NCBI GenBank assembly: GCA_963834385.1
Contig: CAWIBO010000005.1
Coordinates: 448,001 to 512,000 of the forward strand
Direction: 5' to 3'
DNA length: 64,000 nucleotides
From: an uncultured Verrucomicrobiae bacterium
Lineage (GTDB): Bacteria > Verrucomicrobiota > Verrucomicrobiia > Chthoniobacterales > UBA10450
Shown: piece by piece, positions 59,352-64,000 of the stretch
How positions within the stretch are numbered: position 1 is the stretch's first letter
Layout of the letters: each line of letters starts with the position of its first letter
The notes under the pieces: model-generated
Told to the model about the DNA's origin: nothing
Seen by the model: only the letters and a program-made list of their open reading frames with translations
The model's database searches: none
Position numbers and translations under genes: made by a program

Positions 59352-60444
59352 GCCGGACGAAAAGCCAGAGGCCGAGCGCGATAAAAATGACGTTCGGCGC
59401 CCAGACCAGCAGTTCCGGACGCAGGGTCGGCTGGGAACGCAGGGCGTCCGCCAGGATGATGAAAAGGAAATAGGCGATGGCGATGACCAGGCCAAGGGCG
59501 AAGCCGATGGAGGTTTCGCGCCGGTGGGCCCGGATGCCGAGGGGGACGGCCACGAGGGCAAAGGCGATGCAGGAGAAGGGAAAGGAAAAGCGCTTGTTGA
59601 TCTCAGTGCGGCTGGCGCTGCGCTCGAATTTGTCCCCGGTGCGCTGCCGGGAAACGAGCTGCTCGAGCGAGAGGGCGGAGCGATTGGTGCGTCTCTTGGC
59701 CTTGAGATAAAGGTCCTCGAGGCTGATCGGCATGGTCCCTTCGGCCATGCTGATGCCGTCGCGAATCTTCCGCAGGTTGTAGGGGTCCTGCGGGTCCCGC
59801 TGCTGGTAACGTGCGTTGTAGAGCTTCATCAGGATCTGCTGGTTGGCCAGGTCGGTCTCCAGGCTGCCGCTCCGGGCAAAGATGACCCGCATCGGCAGGG
59901 CCCGGTCGTCCACCTCGAAGACCGTGATGTTTTCAAGCCGGTTTCCCTCCTTCTTGCCCACGTAGATTTTTCGGCCCGGAAAATCCTCGATGATCTGGTC
60001 ACTCCCGAAAAGCGCCATCGGGTCGCGCGTGGCCAGGTCGAAAATGGCGGCGCGCAAACGTTGCTGCGCCGCCGGGGCGACCTGGACGTTGAGCCAGAGA
60101 CAAAGGGCGGTGGCTCCCACGGCGATGACCGCGAGAGGAAGGCAGATGCGGAGAATGCTGACGCCGTTGCTGCGCCAGGCCACCAGCTCGTTGTCGGCCG
60201 AGAGGCGGCCAAAGACGAGCAGGGTCGCGGTGAGCAATCCCCACGGGATGGTGAAGATGAGCGAGAACGGCAGGATGTAGGCGACAAAGGTGAGGATGTA
60301 CTGCGCCGGGACGTCGTGGTTCACCAGCAGGGGCAGAAGCTTGCGAAAAATATTCCCGACCACCAGGACGAGGCTCAGGGCGAAGATCGCGAACAGGATG
60401 TTCACGAGCAGCTCGCGCGTCAGGAACCGGTCGATCAGCTTCAC
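59338..60444 (-). CDS. LptF/LptG family LPS export permease
   Basis: IDRFL, GRLSADNELVA..SNG, EINKRFSFP, WAPN. Confidence 0.9.
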   Translation of the reverse strand: MKLIDRFLTRELLVNILFAIFALSLVLVVGNIFRKLLPLLVNHDVPAQYILTFVAYILPFSLIFTIPWGLLTATLLVFGRLSADNELVAWRSNGVSILRICLPLAVIAVGATALCLWLNVQVAPAAQQRLRAAIFDLATRDPMALFGSDQIIEDFPGRKIYVGKKEGNRLENITVFEVDDRALPMRVIFARSGSLETDLANQQILMKLYNARYQQRDPQDPYNLRKIRDGISMAEGTMPISLEDLYLKAKRRTNRSALSLEQLVSRQRTGDKFERSASRTEINKRFSFPFSCIAFALVAVPLGIRAHRRETSIGFALGLVIAIAYFLFIILADALRSQPTLRPELLVWAPNVIFIALGLWLFVRLNRR

Positions 60445-60532
60445 CGCGAACGTTTACGACTCTTCCGTCATCCCGACAAGAGGCCGGAATGAGCGATTGC
60501 GCGGAAAAGCGAGGAGCCTGACTTTGCAGGGA

Positions 60533-61429
60533 ATGACCACAACCTGGCAGAAAGTGACCGTGATCACGCTTGGCGCCGCCATTCTCGGCGGTTCCCTTTA
60601 TTTGGTCCGGCAGATTTACCGCCAGGAATTCGGGTGGGGCCGGGGCCCCGCCGCCGTGCCCCAGCGCAAATGGGTGCATCCCAACGTGGCCCGGCTGGAG
60701 GAGGCGCGGAAACTGGTCGAGGAGGAAAAGCTGGCCGAGGCGCGCGACCTGATCACCCGGGCGCTCACCGTCTGGCCGGAATCGCCCGTGACGACCGGCC
60801 TGCGCGATCTCCTCGGCGAGATCAACACCCGTCTTTTCTTCTCGAAAACGCCGACCGTTCGCAAAACGGAGTATGTCGTGAGGCGGGGCGACGCCCTCGG
60901 GCGCATTGCCCGCCGTCTGCAATCGAGCACCGACCTGATCATGCGGACCAACGAGATGACCAGCACGCTCCTCCGGCCGGGCGACCAGCTCCTTGTTCCC
61001 AGCATCGATTTCACCATCACGGTGGATCTACCGCGGGAACGGATCGTCGTGCACGACAGCCGCGGTTTCTTCACGCAGTATCCCATCGTCATGGCGGAGC
61101 TGCCGCCTTCGCGGCGTTCCAGGCAGGAAACGCGGGTGCGGGCGCGCAGTTACTGGAAGGAGGGCGAACGGGTCCGCCCGCGCCCGGGCAATCCGCAGGC
61201 GGCGGCCACCTGGATCCACCTCGGCAACGCCGCCTACACTCTTTATGGCGTGGACGAGGCGGATGTTCCCGGCGAGGTGGAAATCCGCATCGCCGAGGCG
61301 GGCGACACCCCGGCGGAGGAAGAACAACGCCCGCGCACCGGGATCGCCCTGCGCCTCGCCGATATCGAGGAGCTGAGTCTCCTCATCAAGCGCGGCACGC
61401 CCGTGACCATCATCCGCGAGGACGAATAG
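60533..61429 (+). CDS. Membrane-anchored TPR-like + LysM + degenerate L,D-transpeptidase (YkuD) protein
   Basis: TM helix; LysM YVVRRGDALGRIA...N...LRPGDQLLVP; YkuD-like ITVDL...QYPI...DIEEL...GTPVTI. Confidence 0.8.
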   Translation: MTTTWQKVTVITLGAAILGGSLYLVRQIYRQEFGWGRGPAAVPQRKWVHPNVARLEEARKLVEEEKLAEARDLITRALTVWPESPVTTGLRDLLGEINTRLFFSKTPTVRKTEYVVRRGDALGRIARRLQSSTDLIMRTNEMTSTLLRPGDQLLVPSIDFTITVDLPRERIVVHDSRGFFTQYPIVMAELPPSRRSRQETRVRARSYWKEGERVRPRPGNPQAAATWIHLGNAAYTLYGVDEADVPGEVEIRIAEAGDTPAEEEQRPRTGIALRLADIEELSLLIKRGTPVTIIREDE

Positions 61430-61457
61430 CCCCGTTTTGCTTCCCCGCCGGATTCGG

Positions 61458-61463
61458 TAAGCT
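61458..61463 (+). promoter_or_regulatory. -10 element 7 nt before the halogenase ATG (leaderless geometry)
   Basis: TAAGCT at 61458-61463, with TTGCTT at 61437-61442. Confidence 0.4.
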
Positions 61464-61470
61464 GTCGCCG

Positions 61471-62787
61471 ATGGAACCAGGCAACTACGACGTCGCAATC
61501 ATTGGCGGCGGCCCGGCCGGAAGCACCGCGGCCACCATCCTGGCCCGCGCCGGCCGGCGCGTCGTGGTCCTCGAGCGCGACCGGTTCCCCCGGTTTCACA
61601 TCGGCGAATCGCTTCTTCCTTTCAGCATGCAGACCTTCACCCGCCTCGGCCTGCATGAAAAATTCCGTGCCGCCGGGTTCCTGGAAAAGTTCGGGGGCGA
61701 GATGTGCGGCGCCTGCTCGCCGGAATCCGTGAAGTTCTATTTCGAGGAAGGGTTCAGGGCGCGGACCGATCGCTCCTATCAGGTCACGCGGGCTGATTTC
61801 GACAAGATCCTGCTTGATCATGCCGCTGACAGCGGCGCGGAGGTCCGGGAGGAGACCGCGGTGGAACAAATCGCCTTCACAGAACAGAGCGTCCGCCTGG
61901 TCGTGCGCTCCCGGGCCGGCGAAGCGGAAGAAATCGCCTCCTCCTACGTGATCGACGCCAGCGGGCGCAACTCGGTCGTGGGCAATCATTTTTCGCTGCG
62001 CCGCAATTACACCGACCTGCAAAAGCTCTCGGTCTTTGCCCATTACGACGGCGTCTGGCGCGAATCAGGCCGCGACGGGACCCTGACGCGCATGGTCCGG
62101 GGCGACGACCGCTGGTTCTGGATGATCCCGTTGTCGCCGGAACGGATGAGCATCGGCGTGGTCCTCGATGCCGGCGTCTACAAGGCCGGCGGCCAAAGCC
62201 CGGAGGAGTTCCTCGAAGGGGCCATGGCGGCGCAACCGCTCATTGCCGACCGGATGCGGACGGCCCGGCGCGTGTCGCCCGTCCGGGTGGCGGCCGATTT
62301 CTCCTATCGTTGCGAGAAACTGGCGGGCGAACGCTGGCTTCTCGCCGGCGATGCCGCCGGCTTCATCGACCCGGTCTTCAGCAGCGGTGTTTTCCTCGCC
62401 GTGATGGCGGGGGAAAAAGCGGCCGACGCTCTGGTCGCCGTGCTGGAACGACCCGGCCGACGTAAACGCCTTTTCCGGGAATACGAACGCGTGCTTCACC
62501 GCGCCATGGACGTTTATCTCCGCTTCGTTAAGTCGTGGTATACCAAGGAGTTTATCGAGGTTTTCCTTAATCCGCGGGATTTCCTGCAGCTGCCGCCGGC
62601 GGTGAACGCCGTGCTCGCCGGCAATCTCGGGACCAGCTTTGCCATCCGCTGGCGCATGTGGATTTTCTATGGACTGGTCCGCCTGCAAAAGCATTTCGCG
62701 CTTTCACCCCGTCGCACTCTCGTCCCGGGCGCCCCGGCGCCGGCGCCGACCCCGCCGCAGCGCGAACCGGCCGAAGTCGCCGCTTAG
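61471..62787 (+). CDS. FAD-dependent oxidoreductase / flavin-dependent halogenase-like protein
   Basis: GGGPAG, FPRFHIGESL, GFLEKFG, WFWMIP, GDAAGFIDPVFSSG. Confidence 0.88.
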   Translation: MEPGNYDVAIIGGGPAGSTAATILARAGRRVVVLERDRFPRFHIGESLLPFSMQTFTRLGLHEKFRAAGFLEKFGGEMCGACSPESVKFYFEEGFRARTDRSYQVTRADFDKILLDHAADSGAEVREETAVEQIAFTEQSVRLVVRSRAGEAEEIASSYVIDASGRNSVVGNHFSLRRNYTDLQKLSVFAHYDGVWRESGRDGTLTRMVRGDDRWFWMIPLSPERMSIGVVLDAGVYKAGGQSPEEFLEGAMAAQPLIADRMRTARRVSPVRVAADFSYRCEKLAGERWLLAGDAAGFIDPVFSSGVFLAVMAGEKAADALVAVLERPGRRKRLFREYERVLHRAMDVYLRFVKSWYTKEFIEVFLNPRDFLQLPPAVNAVLAGNLGTSFAIRWRMWIFYGLVRLQKHFALSPRRTLVPGAPAPAPTPPQREPAEVAA

Positions 62788-62791
62788 AACC

Positions 62792-63202
62792 ATGGATCCA
62801 CTCCGTCGCCTGCTCCTCATCTGTCTCTGCGCCGGCCTTGCCGGTTGTGCCACCACCCCGCCGCATGATTTCGCCTCGCCTGATCCCTCCTGGAAAACCC
62901 GCGTCGGCCAGCTCCAGTATCAGGGGCCCCGCCTTTCTCTCATCGGCGAGCTGGTGGTCCGCTCTTCCCCCGCGGGCGATTTCCAGCTGACCTTCAGCAA
63001 AGGCCCGGCAGCCACACTCCTGACCGTGCGCCAGGACGCCACACATGCGGTGGTGGAAGGTCCGCTCGCGCGCGGGCGCTGGGCCGGTCGCGTCGCCGAA
63101 GCGCCGACGCGCCTGCGCGGATGGCTCGGGCTGCGCGATGCCATCCGCCGGGGTGAGACGCGTTTCCAGGCAGAGGAAGAAGTCTTCAGGTTCAGCTTCT
63201 AA
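62792..63202 (+). CDS. Hypothetical lipoprotein
   Basis: Lipobox LAGC after a hydrophobic signal. Confidence 0.8.
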   Translation: MDPLRRLLLICLCAGLAGCATTPPHDFASPDPSWKTRVGQLQYQGPRLSLIGELVVRSSPAGDFQLTFSKGPAATLLTVRQDATHAVVEGPLARGRWAGRVAEAPTRLRGWLGLRDAIRRGETRFQAEEEVFRFSF

Positions 63203-63222
63203 CGGGGCTTCCGGCGCTCAGC

Positions 63223-64000
63223 ATGTCGTTCCCCGATTCCATTGCCCGCCTCGTCACGGAGCGTCGCCGGGTCGTCTGGATCTCGGTCGCGCTGCTGGCG
63301 GTTGTCTGTCTTGGCGTGCTCGTCCTGAAACTCCGCCTCGACACCGAGGTGCTCAATCTTCTCCCGCGCGGGTTCGAGTCGGTCGAAGGACTCAAGGTCT
63401 ATAACCGCGACTTTGCCCAGACCCGTGAGCTGACGTTTGCCCTGATCTGCCAGCCGGGGGACACCGGGCGGCTCGAGGAGTTCGCCCCTGTTTTCGAGGA
63501 ACGCCTGCAGGCACAGCCATGGAGCGTCCGCGTCCTCGCGGGGAACCCGATGGAAACGCCCGATGGCATGCGCGACCTGCAAAGCATTGCCGTCCCGCTT
63601 CTCCTGAACCTGCCCGAACCTGACTTCGCCGAAGCCATCGCGGTCCTGCGGCCGGAACGAATCGGTGAGCGCCTGCAGCGATTGCGGGAGGAGCTGGAAG
63701 CCGGTTCACCGCGCCCGCAGTTTGAACTCGAGCTCGATCCGCTGGGACTGGTCGGGCCCGCGCTCAAGCCTTTCGCGGTGAACGCGGGCATGACCTCCGA
63801 CCAACCGCTCGTCTCGGACGATCGCACCATGCGCGTTTTTCTCGTGGTCACGAACCAGGCCGACGGCAGCGCCTGGGAAAGCCAGCGCCTCATGGCCGAG
63901 GTCAAGGCGTTCCAGTCCACCGCGAAGGAAGGCTGGGAAGGCGGTCCCCTCGAGGTGCTCGTGACCGGCCGGGCCGCTTACGTGGCGGAAATTTCGCTGA
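63223..64000 (+). CDS. MMPL/RND family exporter, 5' part (runs off the right edge)
   Basis: Open frame from ATG 63223: TM1, LRLDTEVLNLLP, DPLGL, LVSDDRT, VLVTG; absent from the ORF track because it has no stop in the window. Confidence 0.8.
   Translation, partial: MSFPDSIARLVTERRRVVWISVALLAVVCLGVLVLKLRLDTEVLNLLPRGFESVEGLKVYNRDFAQTRELTFALICQPGDTGRLEEFAPVFEERLQAQPWSVRVLAGNPMETPDGMRDLQSIAVPLLLNLPEPDFAEAIAVLRPERIGERLQRLREELEAGSPRPQFELELDPLGLVGPALKPFAVNAGMTSDQPLVSDDRTMRVFLVVTNQADGSAWESQRLMAEVKAFQSTAKEGWEGGPLEVLVTGRAAYVAEISL

Noticed and set aside
60634..61470. Apparent 717-aa halogenase fusion
   Set aside because: The upstream part is an alternative frame of the LysM gene; the FAD-binding motif starts right after ATG 61471.

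Overview
High-GC bacterial chromosomal segment, densely coding and mostly housekeeping. Gene content and protein style suggest Verrucomicrobiota, Chthoniobacterales-like; this is inference, no search was run. In order it carries: a secreted modular GH31 glycosidase (runs off the left edge); glyQS; psd-pssA; a split type II secretion locus (gspH-I-J-K-L-M-C-like, convergent with gspF-hypothetical-gspG, no gspD or gspE); CAAX-comF-accD-folC; bioA-tlyA-nadK; a ~1 kb compositionally atypical islet (about 22.0-23.0 kb); lysC and thrC; a leucine-catabolism cluster built around a single-polypeptide E1alpha-E1beta-lipoyl-E2 2-oxoacid dehydrogenase; manC-ruvX-truA and a double-CHASE3 hybrid kinase; cysD-cysNC; isolated nuoBC; metG; chrA; accBC-thiE-pfkB; LPS and envelope genes; and the start of a halogenase-lipoprotein-MMPL cluster at the right edge. 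Several essential genes have single-base frameshifts, best explained as sequencing or assembly indels. No rRNA, tRNA, CRISPR array or intact transposase/integrase was recognised. Most notable: the four-domain dehydrogenase fusion; a 34-bp palindrome with an 8-bp target-site duplication next to a dif-like 28-bp site; a catalytically dead L,D-transpeptidase; and repeated leaderless-type promoter geometry.
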